Origin: Camelus ferus | Taxonomy: Eukaryota | Direction of reading: 5' to 3' | Length of the DNA stretch: 64,000 bases | NCBI RefSeq assembly: GCF_009834535.1 | Contig: NC_045697.1 | Location: 7,318,001 to 7,382,000, forward strand | Part shown: piece after piece, positions 12,793 to 23,879 of the stretch | Layout of the letters: each line of letters starts with the position of its first letter | How positions within the stretch are numbered: the first letter of the stretch is position 1 | Made by a program: the position numbers and the translations under genes | The notes under the pieces: model-generated | Told to the model about the DNA's origin: nothing | The model's input: the letters and a program-made list of their open reading frames with translations, nothing else | Database searches by the model: none

Positions 12793-13664
12793 AAGATAAT
12801 CTGAGTAAACAGGTAAATTGCATATTACTTTAAATCCAGATGTGATATGGTCTTCCATTCTTAGAATCAAAGTAGCCTGAGGCAAAGCAAGAAGAAATGA
12901 AGATAATTTAGGAGAAGTGAACTGAGAAGCTAATACTCTAAGATTCTGTATTTCCAGGCATATGCTGACTACTCTTTTTTTTCAGATGGTTCATTCTACA
13001 GACATAGGACCCCTTTGTTTTGATTTTTATCGTTGGATGAAATGATTAATAATGCTGTTTTCTGCATGTTAACATTTTCCACCACATTTTGCATTATTTC
13101 TGCCCTCCCAATCTGCACATTTAGCACTTTGCAATTAAGTGTCAGCTGCAGGTTTTTCTTCCTCTGTTTTTATTTTTGTTTAATCTCTTCTCCATGATTT
13201 TTAATAGAAATGTTAATTAAGATCCAACCCCAAACTGACCCCCTGTTGCTTTATTCCTCAGCGTTCTAAGCTCCTTCCTCTCCCGCCCCTCAAGGCACTG
13301 CTGCCTGTAGCTAAATGTGATGGAACCTCCAGTTTTTATCAAGGATTTTGTTTAACTTCTTAGTCGAGTCTTGGTTCCAGCGGCTTGAATTCCATTTATA
13401 GTAAACGCGAGAAGGAATCTGTCCTAAACTTGCAACACTAGCTCAAATTGCTCATTTAATCTAAAACTGCATCATCTGTTAAATTGCCTTCTGCTAAACA
13501 CGCAGGCTGTTTCTATTTCTCTCTCTCTCCACGGTGTGCTTCCCCCTTCACTCCTCAGCTGACAGTGTCTTTGCCTCCATAATTCACCCTCCCTGAACCT
13601 TCAGGTGATGCTCAAAGAATTTCAACATAGAGGCAGGTGGAGAGCTGGAGGAATAGGATTAAGT

Positions 13665-13840
13665 CAGGGGTTCCCCGTTGGGGCTGCACATTTAGAATAC
13701 TTGGAGGAGATGTGTAAACTGGGACCACCTGACTACCAGACATTCTGATTCAGTTTATCTGGGTGATGGTCATGCGTTAGTAATCTGAAAAGCCTTCCAG
13801 AAGATTCTAACAAGCAGGCAAGGTGGATAACCACTGAATA
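13665..13840. mobile_element. MER5-type hAT-Charlie MITE
   Basis: CAGGGGTTC...GGCTGCACATTTAGAATACTTGG...CATTCTGATTCAGTTTATCTGGG...ATAACCACTG. Confidence 0.75.
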
Positions 13841-14379
13841 GGCGGATCAAATTTCCTAGAAGTGGGGGCAGTCCATGAAACAGAATTTCTAACAAGCATC
13901 CTTCCCCAGAGCATTTCACATGTCTAAAAAAAAAGAAAAAAAAAAAAAAAAGAGAAACCAATTGGCCTTGATTATTTCTAAGGTGGAGAAAAATAAAAGT
14001 ATCTGCGTGAGTGCTGTTGTGAGGATGAACTGGCTTAAAAATCCACGTTGGTAATTTAGAACACACTTTAGTAGTACCCTTCTTATTGGCATTATGCCTT
14101 ATGATTTAAAACTTCTTTATTTATCTGGGGAAAAATTCCCCAAAGAGGCTAATTGATCCAAGGTTATAATTAGTCAATTACGTAACAAGCACTTGAACTC
14201 CGAACTTCTGTCATGGAATCCACTTTTAGTCCCACTTCTTATTTCCACCACACTATGCAATTCATTTGCTTTAAATAGAAAGTTGCTATATAAAGCAACC
14301 CACTGGCTTTGGCTATTATGAGAACCTACAGGCAAGGAATAAGGACATCTCAGTACAAACACAAAGTGTCACATCTTTT

Positions 14380-14710
14380 TGTGTCTCTGTGCCTGAGCTC
14401 ACTCTATGACTGGAATGGCTTTCTCTAGAAAGGTTCATTTTAGGTTCATTTGAAATGCCACCATCTATATGGCCCCTTTTCTGGTGTTCCAGCTAATGTC
14501 TCTTTTTCCTATGATCTCACAGCACCTTCTGAATTATGACAGCACTTACACAGGCGCCTTGTGTATTCTTTTTCCCCTACTTCCCTTTGATGGAAGGAAC
14601 TCTGCTTTGTAAAACTTGACATTTTAAGAACTCAAATCATTACTGTTACTGTGCCCAAAACAGTAAATGGGTCATTGACACATTTTTGCTGAATGGATGG
14701 ATGGATGGAT
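14380..14710 (+). mobile_element. L2 LINE 3' fragment ending in a GAAT/GGAT tail
   Basis: CTGGAATGGCTTTC...TTTTTGCTGAATGGATGGATGG is the L2 terminal tandem motif. Confidence 0.6.
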
Positions 14711-16059
14711 GGCTGCCTGGATGGACTTATGAGTAAACGATGGAATGCATTTTTGTTTCTGGGTTTGGTGTCACGTTATTACAAACTCAATTCCCTAAAG
14801 TCATAAGGTAGAGACGTTCAGAGACTAAGCTACTCTTAGAAATTTCATCAATTTATGATTTATCCCACCACTAATTCTAACTATTTACAGGATTACCTAC
14901 TCTGAATTTGGGAGACGAAAAGTTAGTGCCCCTTAGAACTGCTCAGAGGGGCAGTTGGTGAGACGCAGAGTTCAGATTTAACAAAAGTCACGTGGCCTCT
15001 TTGGGGTTCATCTCTAAAATGCTGCTGCTGAAGCAGGTCACTGGTTTCCCAACTATAGTAATGTAGAGCTCGAAATTAAATGAGATGAAATAATATTAAA
15101 AATAAAATATTTTTTGACTAAAAAATAGAATAATGATGACCTTTCTCAACCATAGAGAAATGCTAATTTTTAAGTTTGAATTTCCTTTTCTTCATCCATA
15201 AAGAGGACAAAGGGAAAACTTGGGAACAGAAGCAAACCAGGTTCCAGAATCCTTGTTTTCCTCCCCTCCACCATCAACACGGGACCCAAGTAGATAAAGA
15301 GTTTTGAAATCCCACGGGGATGAGAAAGCCAGATGACCAAGGGACTGGCAGCAAGCTTCCTCTGATGCGGGCATGGTAGACCACAGACTTCCAGGCGTAG
15401 ATCTGCTTAGAGCTGCCCCGGCTTCCTCCTGGCTGCTGCTGTGTGATGGCGCATGTCTATGGTGGTGGCACCAGTGTGAGGCAGCTGGGTGGATGAGTAA
15501 GTGACAGCATCCCTGGTTCCCGACGGTCTGCAGGAGATCTCAGTACTCCCATGTGCCTAAAAGGAGGTTCGACGTTTCTCAGAGCAAGGATTCAAGGCTA
15601 AGAAAACCCTAAGGATGGAGATTCCAAGAGCATGGATTCATGGGGATGTCCACACACAGTACTTCCCCAGAGGTGGTCAGGGACAGGGCATCACAGTGGA
15701 CACTAATCCACAGAAGAAACAGACGCAGTCATCGCAGGCACGGATCACCGAGGAAACAGGGGATGCACTGTGTGGACCAGGGACCGCCCTCAGCCCACAG
15801 CCCCTGTGAGGATGTGGTATATTCCTTCCCACTCCCTTGTGGCATCTTAGAAAGCGGGCTGGGGTGTGGGGTGGCAGGGTGGGGAATCTTGGACTGAACA
15901 TTGCTTACAGGCACACATATTACTGCTTTCGAAAACGATTTCTAGATCATCCTTAATTTAGACCCTGTCACTCACCTAGACTAGCTGGTATTTGAGGGAG
16001 GGCTCTAGTTAAAGAGCAATCGTTTTTTGGCAAAATAAAAAACCTACATTTTCTCTGAG

Positions 16060-16217
16060 TACACACACACACACACACACACACACCCACACACACACCA
16101 CAAACACACCACACACACCACACACACACCACACACACACACACCCCACACACACACCACAAACACACCACACACACACACACACACACACACACCACAC
16201 ACACCACACACCACACA
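16060..16217. repeat. Compound (CA)n/CAC microsatellite
   Basis: About 158 bp composed only of C and A. The motif CCCACACACACACCACAAACACACCACACACAC occurs twice (~16086 and ~16145), indicating a higher-order duplication. Confidence 0.95.
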
Positions 16218-17200
16218 ATGTTTTCTTTAGCATTTGGCATATGCTACTACTTGTCTATATATAACTGGCACTTAGTTATTTTAAGTTTCTTGTCTCCTTG
16301 TATTTATTTTGAGAAAACATCTTAAATCCCAGATGTTCTGGTACCTGACCTCCCCACTCCCCACAAAGGCTTTCTGAACTACATAACCTGTGAAGCCCCC
16401 TCAAGCACTAACAATGATTTGAGTAATTTTACTTTTAGCCTTAAATAAACTTTCGATTTTCATAAGGCAGTCCAATTTTTAACACTTGAAATGTGTCTTG
16501 TGCCTTCTATAACTTTGGCAAAGATACTGGAACTAATATTAGACTCTCTGGAGTTATGTTTCAGATTCAAACAAATAAATGCGACTTTGGCTTACCACAC
16601 CTGTGCCTCAGTTTAGAGCATGCGTATTAAATGCACCATGGTTTCCCGTCCAGGCTGGGGAGGGGGCATGACCTAGCCCTACACATGTTCTGTTTACTCC
16701 AAAAATCTTGGCTGTAAATTTCAGCCCTGTCATTTCCATGGCTGTTTGATCTTGGACAACAGACTCCGGCAAGCTTACGTCATCTAAACTCATCTGTAAC
16801 TCTATGTCATGGCGCTCCCCCAAGAGAAAATGAAGACTGCGGGATGCACAGAACAGTGTGGGCTCGCTTATACTCTTCCCTCTGAGCCCAGAATAGGACA
16901 GCCTCTCACACAGTAAGATTCAGGATGGGTGGATGCCGAGAGAATGCCCACAGAAACGTTTTGTCTTTTTCTTCTTACTATTTTCATTGTTGAATTCTTT
17001 GACTTCCTTCAAGATGTTTCATGTGAACTTACTAGCAATTCTGTCCTTCAGCTCTTCCTTCAGCACGTGTCTTCTTTTAGCACCTACTGCGTGTCAAGTG
17101 TGGCGCTACATATCGTGAACATGGAGATAAGCAGGTCTGTCTCTGGCCTTTGGCAGAGTTTGGATGGTGGAGGGAAGAGCCAACCATTACAAGTGCTCAG

Positions 17201-17366
17201 GGGGAGGGTGTAGCGCAGTGATAGAGGGTGTGCCAGCATGCATGAGGTCCTGGGTTCAATCCCCAGTCCCTCCATTAAAAGTAAATAAATAAATGAATAA
17301 ACCTGATTACCTCCCTCCTACCAAATTAATTAATTAATTAACTAATTTTTTTTTTAATTTTAAGAA
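17201..17366 (+). mobile_element. Vic-1-type tRNA-derived SINE (camelid), inserted into an L2
   Basis: Head GGGGAGGGTGTAGCGCAGTGATAGAG (Pol III A box), GGTTCAATCCC (B box), then TAAATAAATGAATAAACCTGATTACCTCCC and an AT tail. Probable TSD ACAAGTGCTC (17189-17198) / ACAAGTGTTC (17367-17376). Confidence 0.9.
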
Positions 17367-17649
17367 ACAAGTGTTCTAAAGACACTTGGGAGGCAAAGAA
17401 TAAGGATGTGCTTTGGGTAATTGATCCTAGAGAAGAAGCACTTAACATAATTTAAGGGGGTCACGGAGGTTCTTGGAGAAAGTGCTGATGGAACACATCT
17501 CCAAAGATAAGTAGGCAACACTAGGCAACGCAGAAGCATATTTTCTTGAGGAAAAAAATGATCAAAGACAAAAAGATAGATTGGTGGTATTGGAATGTAG
17601 CAAGGGAAGTGGTTAGTGATACAGAAGAGGTAGCCTAGGGTGGATCCCA

Positions 17650-18335
17650 ATGTTTATCAAGAGCTTCGTACGTGCCAGGCACTCTTCAAGAAATCAAGAA
17701 TCCAGCAGAGAACGTGGCAGGTAGGTTTTGTCTTGGAGCTTACACTGGAATGGAAGAGACAGACAGCAAATGGTAAGCCTAAACTCAGGGCATATTTTGA
17801 GACTGTGATTAAACTAGGCAAGAAATCAAGAGGGCGATGCCAAGAAGGTGATGTGCACTGGGGGAAGAGAGCTTTAGAAGGGGCATGTGAGGACAGCTTC
17901 TCTTGAGAGGTAACAGGAAATCTGAAGAGGAAGAGAAGCCATCCACGTGAAGAACTGAGGGAATGGCATGCCTGGAAGAGAGAATAGAATGTGCAAAGGC
18001 CCTGAGGTGAGTTGGAAAAGAGCTTGGTATATATAAGGCACAGGAAGGTGCTCAAGGTTGAACTTAGGGTGGAGGAGGTTAGAAAGGCGGGTGGTGGTGA
18101 GATGCAGCCGAGCCTTGTGAACTCAGCCAGGACTTTGAGTTTTGTTCTGAGTTTGTGATGGAAAGCCTTGAGGGTATTTTAAGCAGAGGAATAACATGAT
18201 TTCAGGAATAGTTTTTAAAAGATCACTGTGGTGACTCCATGGAGAAGCATCGCTGGGAACAAGCCCAGACAAAGGCAGCCCAGGTCTGAGGCTTTAGCTG
18301 CTGTCCAGGTGAGAGGTGATGACAGCCTGGACTTT
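17650..18335 (-). mobile_element. L2 LINE fragment
   Basis: GTGCCAGGCACT...GGAGCTTACA...GTGCAAAGGCCCTGAGGT...TTTTAAGCAGAGGAATAACATGAT...GTCCAGGTGAGAGGTGATG is characteristic L2a/b. Confidence 0.85.
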
Positions 18336-18769
18336 CTTGTTTCACTGGGCTGCTCTGTGAAAGGTGAGATGTGGTTGTGAGTTGACACCACTGTCTCCCT
18401 CCAGGCTGTGTGAAGAGTAAGGATGAGAAGAAAATAAATACATTGCTAGAAAGAGACGAGACAGAATCCCCAGTGTCTGACTTGATTTCAGTACGCTGCC
18501 AGTTCGCAGTGATCTTGCTGCATCAGACAGAGCCAGCTGGACAGGCGATGTCACGGTTTCAACAGATAAACTGGAATGCTGGGAGGTTAGGTAACTTTGG
18601 TCAAGGAAACTCACGTAGCATGTAGATTAACTCAAACTTGAACTAAGTTTGGACTGTTTTTAGACCTCATACTTCCCTAGTGCGACCTAACAAACCCCAG
18701 GCTGCAGGGCAGTGAGCTAATTCTTTAAACACCCTCAAACATTCAGGCCACTTACCAGTGCCTCCAAAG

Positions 18770-19145
18770 GCCGGGGGTGAGTCCCACGGGTTTGCGCCCA
18801 GAGCAGGTGAATTCAGACGCGCCGCATGCAGCCTGTCCACTTAGTCACAGCACAACGTCAATTCCTCAGTTAAGGAGAAGAGACGGCGGTCAGTGCGTGT
18901 CGTGGCGCTCCGCTTGGAAGGGGAGAGGTCCAAAGTGCTGGCTTGCTGTGTCTTTGCAGATGATAATGCAGAATAGAGAGAAGGCTGCCGCGCTTGTGTG
19001 AGGGCGCCGACTCACTAGGCCATTGGCTGGCGTACTCTGACGTGCAACATTTTTGTTTTCAGACGTCCTAAAACGCCCACAGTCTGAGGTGGGGATGAGG
19101 AGAAAGTTTCGTCAGTGTGCACGCAGATTCCAAGGAGCTTTCGGC
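18770..19145. promoter_or_regulatory. Small CpG-rich patch, candidate enhancer/promoter
   Basis: About 24 CpGs in ~375 bp by manual count, well above the flanks. Contains reverse CCAAT (ATTGG 19022-19026), TGACGT (19038-19043), CGTCA (19110-19114) and AP-1-like TTAGTCA (18841-18847). Confidence 0.4.
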
Positions 19146-19779
19146 CAGGGTTTAGGATCATGCTTTAACCATTCTCATCACTTTGAATCTGACTAAAGTC
19201 AAATTTGATACCGAGCACGTTAGGTCTGTCTTTGGGGTAGAAGACTAGTGTGTTTATTTGGTGTACCTACCAGCATCCTGAGATGTCAACTTTTTAAAAT
19301 GTCATGTCATAATATAATTGAAGATGTTCTTTTTGAAAAAAAAAATATGGTATTACTCTTTCTCTTTGCCATGGCTGTACTGAAGTAGAAAATAAATCAG
19401 AAACGTGTCACAAAATATCTGATTTAAGTCTTTTAAATTACTCTATGCCTGGTGGAAGATGCTCGCTTACAGAGGTGAATGTCATATGGGCTTTATCCGG
19501 GTTAAGGAATATGACCCACAGTGTTTTTCAGTAAGCTCTTCTTTTAAGCTCTGTAAGTGTATTGCATATGTAGACATGATTCTACATTAAGGAGGAAAAC
19601 AAAAGAATAGAACACTATAACAAAGATTTCACTATTCAGAATATGTAAATATATGTACATATATATGCTATACATATTTTAAATTTATATAACTTATTTT
19701 TATATCCTACTTTGTTATGACAGCTTCTCCACCTATTTCTGAATAAAGGCACAACTGGGGGGAAATACTGTTACGAGGC

Positions 19780-21000
19780 AAGTTAAAACACAAAAAGGAA
19801 TTTCTTGTTATTTAAACAAACCTACCACCCACACAACTAATAAAGCTGAATAAAATATTTCACAAACTTCTTAAAACCATCTAAAAGCTGATTAATAACT
19901 TACCAGGCTCAACTCAAGGAAAACTGGGAACCCAACAAGGTAAGACAGCCCCAAAGTCACTTGGCTCCTAACTCGTGAGTTCCTCGAGTAATGCGAGCAT
20001 CCTCGTCTGTGGCCTGTGGAGTGTAGGGCACAGAAGTCAAGGTCCAGACCTGCACCAGGAGCCGGCTGAGCAGGAGGTCCTCCCACAGGAACGGGGGACC
20101 CAGGGCTGTGCCCCACAGTGAGGGTGGTCGAGCAGTGGGCCACGTTCCAGAGGACTACAGGCTGGGATCCAGTCATAACGTGGGGGTGGAAACCAATGAA
20201 ACAGATGAAAAGTACACAGCAGAGCGTAAGTAAAGTTGAAAATCAGCAAAGATGCATCGAATCACCTAAACTCTGGTGAGCTTGATTAAGAAAGCAGATG
20301 GCACGAATAACCAACATGAGGGATTAAATAAGTCACTTTAGGACAGATAGGCGTGAAAAAATAACAATAAGCTCTAGAATACTTTCATGGCAATGCATCT
20401 GAAAATCAGGAGGGATTTGACGTATGTCTGGGAGATGTGACTCTCTTGACATTGACCCAGATGTCAGAGTTGTTCTACTCCCGTCACAGATATTTAATTA
20501 TCAACTGAGAATTTTCCCTTAAGGAAAAGTGCAAGTCTAGAAGGTTTCACCAGTAACTTCTACCAACCACTCAGGGAAGAAATATTTCCAGCCAATCCTA
20601 CACCCATTCGGAGGTCTGTAATGTAACTGGCTGAATGACCATGAGTAACTCACCAAAACTCTTTGGAATATAATTTAACTAAGTTACATACACACACACA
20701 AAATCACACACACACGTATCTATATAAAACGAATGTGTATATTATTAAATATATTTTAGTGTATAGATAACATATATTAAAATATATTTATGCACAGTCT
20801 TGTGATGGACATACTTCTGCATATACATTTATGTAAACTTCAAACATATACATATTATACATACATAAATATAGAGGCATGGGTACATATATACATGTAT
20901 ATAAACAAGATAGAAAAACGCTAAACCAACTTTTTATAGCAATGTCTATAAGGCCTACGATATCATGATCAAATTGGTTTTATATCAGGAAGCTTCACGT
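19780..21000 (+). mobile_element. Highly degraded old L1 (L1M) fragments with an embedded TA/CA-rich tract
   Basis: A-rich L1-like segments, e.g. GAAGGTTTCACCAGTAACTTCTACCAACCACTCAGGGAAGAAAT and ATCATGATCAAATTGGTTTTAT, which resemble ORF2 remnants. Confidence 0.5.
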
Positions 21001-21373
21001 GTTTGGATTCGTGCTTTTGTGTGACAGAGATGTTCAGCCTTAGGCTTCATAACAGGCATGCGGCCAGGAGACTGGAAGGCTGGATAGTTGTACTGATCCT
21101 TCTCTGTTTAATGAATTTGCCTATAACCCACAAACAACTTAAACTGTTTAATACATTCGTCTGTAATCACAAACGTGTTTAGAAGAGAAGGGAGGAGTCG
21201 ATAGACAGCTGAAGATAAAATATAAACCAGTGCCTTAGAAATTCAAGAAAAATATTAAAAAAAAATAGAATCATATCATTTGTGAGGATTCTGTTTGTAA
21301 CTACTATTTTAAAGTCATTATATATATATATAATATAAATAAAATATCAAATAGAAAAATATATATACACTTG

Positions 21374-21592
21374 CAGTTGACCTTTGGACACCTGGGTTTT
21401 AATTGTACGGGTCCACTTAATCCCAGATGTTTGTCAATAAACATGTACAACAATACTGCATGGTCTGTAGTTGGTTGAATCTTCGGATGTGGAACTTCAG
21501 ATACAAAGGGATGACTGTGAAGTTATATGTGGATTTTTCACTGGGCAGGGGTGGATGCCCCTAGCCCCCTTGTATTGTTTAAGGGTCAACTG
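21374..21592. mobile_element. Tigger2-derived MITE (MER8/Tigger2a-like)
   Basis: Terminal inverted repeats CAGTTGACC(T)TT...AAGGGTCAACTG with internal GGGTCCACTTA and TTGGTTGAATC motifs; 219 bp. Confidence 0.85.
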
Positions 21593-21593
21593 C

Positions 21594-21594
<1 letters not shown>

Positions 21595-21646
<52 letters not shown>
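21595..21646. repeat. (TAGA)13 tetranucleotide microsatellite
   Basis: Perfect TAGA repeats directly after the MITE. Confidence 0.95.
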
Positions 21647-23879
21647 AAGAAAGATACCATTCTACCTGGCAATTTGCCAACAATGTTTTATTTGCTCCTC
21701 ATAATAACTCTAAGAGCTACGAAATACTGTTTTTAATTCAATAGATACGAAATAATTTGTAAAGGATTTTGGTAAGTTGCCATGATCATACAGATGCTTA
21801 AGTGAAAAAACACCAAATCTAAGTCTCTGCAAGTCTATGTGTTTATTTATTTTTTCCCAGCAGGAAGAAGAAAGGTAACATTTAAGTTCTTAGATTCCAG
21901 CCATGATACTCTTCCATTTCAACAACTACATTTATTGTTTTCTGTACTTTAAAATTCGTCCATCATAATTTCTTTAAATCATACAGCCAAAAGCCAGTAC
22001 ATATTATCATGCATAGATACTGTTCTGGAAGGTGCTCCCTAAACACCAGTGTTAGACCAAATGATGGATGAATACAAGTGAATAATCCAGGTGCTGTGTA
22101 GACTGCAGACATGGAGTTTCCACCCCTGGAGATCCGGATTCTGTACAGTGAGATGTGACTTGAGCATCTATGTACACAAAGGCTTCCTGAGAGATTCCTA
22201 CACAGCCAGATCTGAGAATTGCTATCCCAGCCTCACTCCTTTACATCTTTCTACCAGCATGTTTTCTCCTTGTTCACCCAGCTAGCACCTCCACTGCCTT
22301 GCTCCTGCTCAGTCCTTGGGCTTGAAAAAAGATGGTTCTTTCTGATTTCTACAGATATCTTTTACATGGAACCCCTCGGCACTGAGCCTTGAGTGGCTCT
22401 TCCTGTTTCCATCTTGACCTAACTATAGAACCTGTCACCGGCTGGCCTTAATCCACTTGGGCATGGCCCCTTCCCCGTTTGCCTACAACCTACCTGGGAG
22501 GAAAATTCTATTTTTCTGAAAGAAATCTTATCTGGAAGTGAACATCCTATACTCACTCTGTTTAGACAAGCAAAACTATACAACAACCTGTTTTAAGTGG
22601 GGCAGCGACTACCGGATGCTACGGAGGATGTGGGAATTGCTCCAGCGGGTGTGTAGGGTATCTGGGGCTCAAACCCAGGCCAGTGCAACCCCAGAACGGA
22701 ACTATTTCCATAATGATTGACAGATCAAGGATAAAATATCCATCTATCTGCAACTGTTCAGGTTAAGAAGGAGGTTGTATACATTTCCCAATGGATATGT
22801 GCAGGGTGACATTAAAAATATTAAACCACTGTAATGGCACAAATTGTGACCGAGCAGAACTGACACTGGCTGTTACTAGTCAACATGGCCTTAGCAGTGT
22901 GAGCCCATGGGCATCAACCCTGGATATGAGTACTCTGTCTAAACAAGAAATAATACAACATGTAAGAAGGAAAAAAATCATGCAGTATTAGAAGAATTGT
23001 ATTATTAGCTTTCCTTTTGGCCCATCCTGATTTTTATTCTCTGTTATGATGTTACATAAATCAATTTTCTGCTTGGCTTTTGAAGTTAGAGTGTGTACCT
23101 TCATTGATTTGATCATGTGCCTTGGGATTAGAGATCAAAAATCACAGAAGGTATTTATTCTAATGAAATACAATTTGTCTGTTCTTATTTTGAAATTAAT
23201 TTCATGGATTCATAAGCTCTTGATTGTCAGCAGTTAAAGGGCAAACATGAAGGGAGGGGGCGGAAAAACCAAGGACTGAAATTCCCAGTTAACTTACTAC
23301 AGAGTGAGTTGGCCAGCCCTAGACCCCGGATCTGCTGATTTCCTGCAATTTGCTGCTGGTTTAACAGAGAGATCAGGCTTTTGTTTTATTATTTATTTTT
23401 CTAGCCTGGTCATGAATTTTCAGACTAATCTGGAGCATTTTCCCATCACATTTTCTAGGCAGTGGCAATTTAAAATGTTGGGTTTTTATTTTCCCTTGGT
23501 AAGAATCTTTCTGCATCTGAAATGTGCATGCTGAAAAAAAAAAGGAACGTAATTAGTTAACTCTGCATTATTCAGGTCTTCCACTGCTGGAAAATTCTGC
23601 TCACCAAAGGAAATAATCAAACCATTCATTAATGGAAAATAAATAATGAATAGAATATACAACAAATTCACATACATTAGAGAAAAATTTGTGGAAAAAA
23701 TTAGTTTAAGTTCCAAATACCGTTTTCCATTGGTGAAAGGACAAACAAGCCTTCAAGGCAGAACCATGCCTTTGGATATGGAAGTTACCCACAGAGACCT
23801 CCTGGACTCTAATAAAACCAACAGTGGCAGCAATGAGCACGGACAACACCATCACAAAATAACAACTAAATCCGGTCAA

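Noticed and set aside
15968..16240. Cys/Val-rich ORFs (CVCVVC...)
   Set aside because: Translations of the (TG)n microsatellite.
17201..17275. tRNA gene
   Set aside because: It is the tRNA-derived head of a SINE, with a decayed A box, SINE linker, AT tail and TSD.
18404..18430. GCVKSKDEK resembling an Src-family myristoylation N-terminus
   Set aside because: No initiating ATG precedes it and no SH3/SH2/kinase sequence follows.
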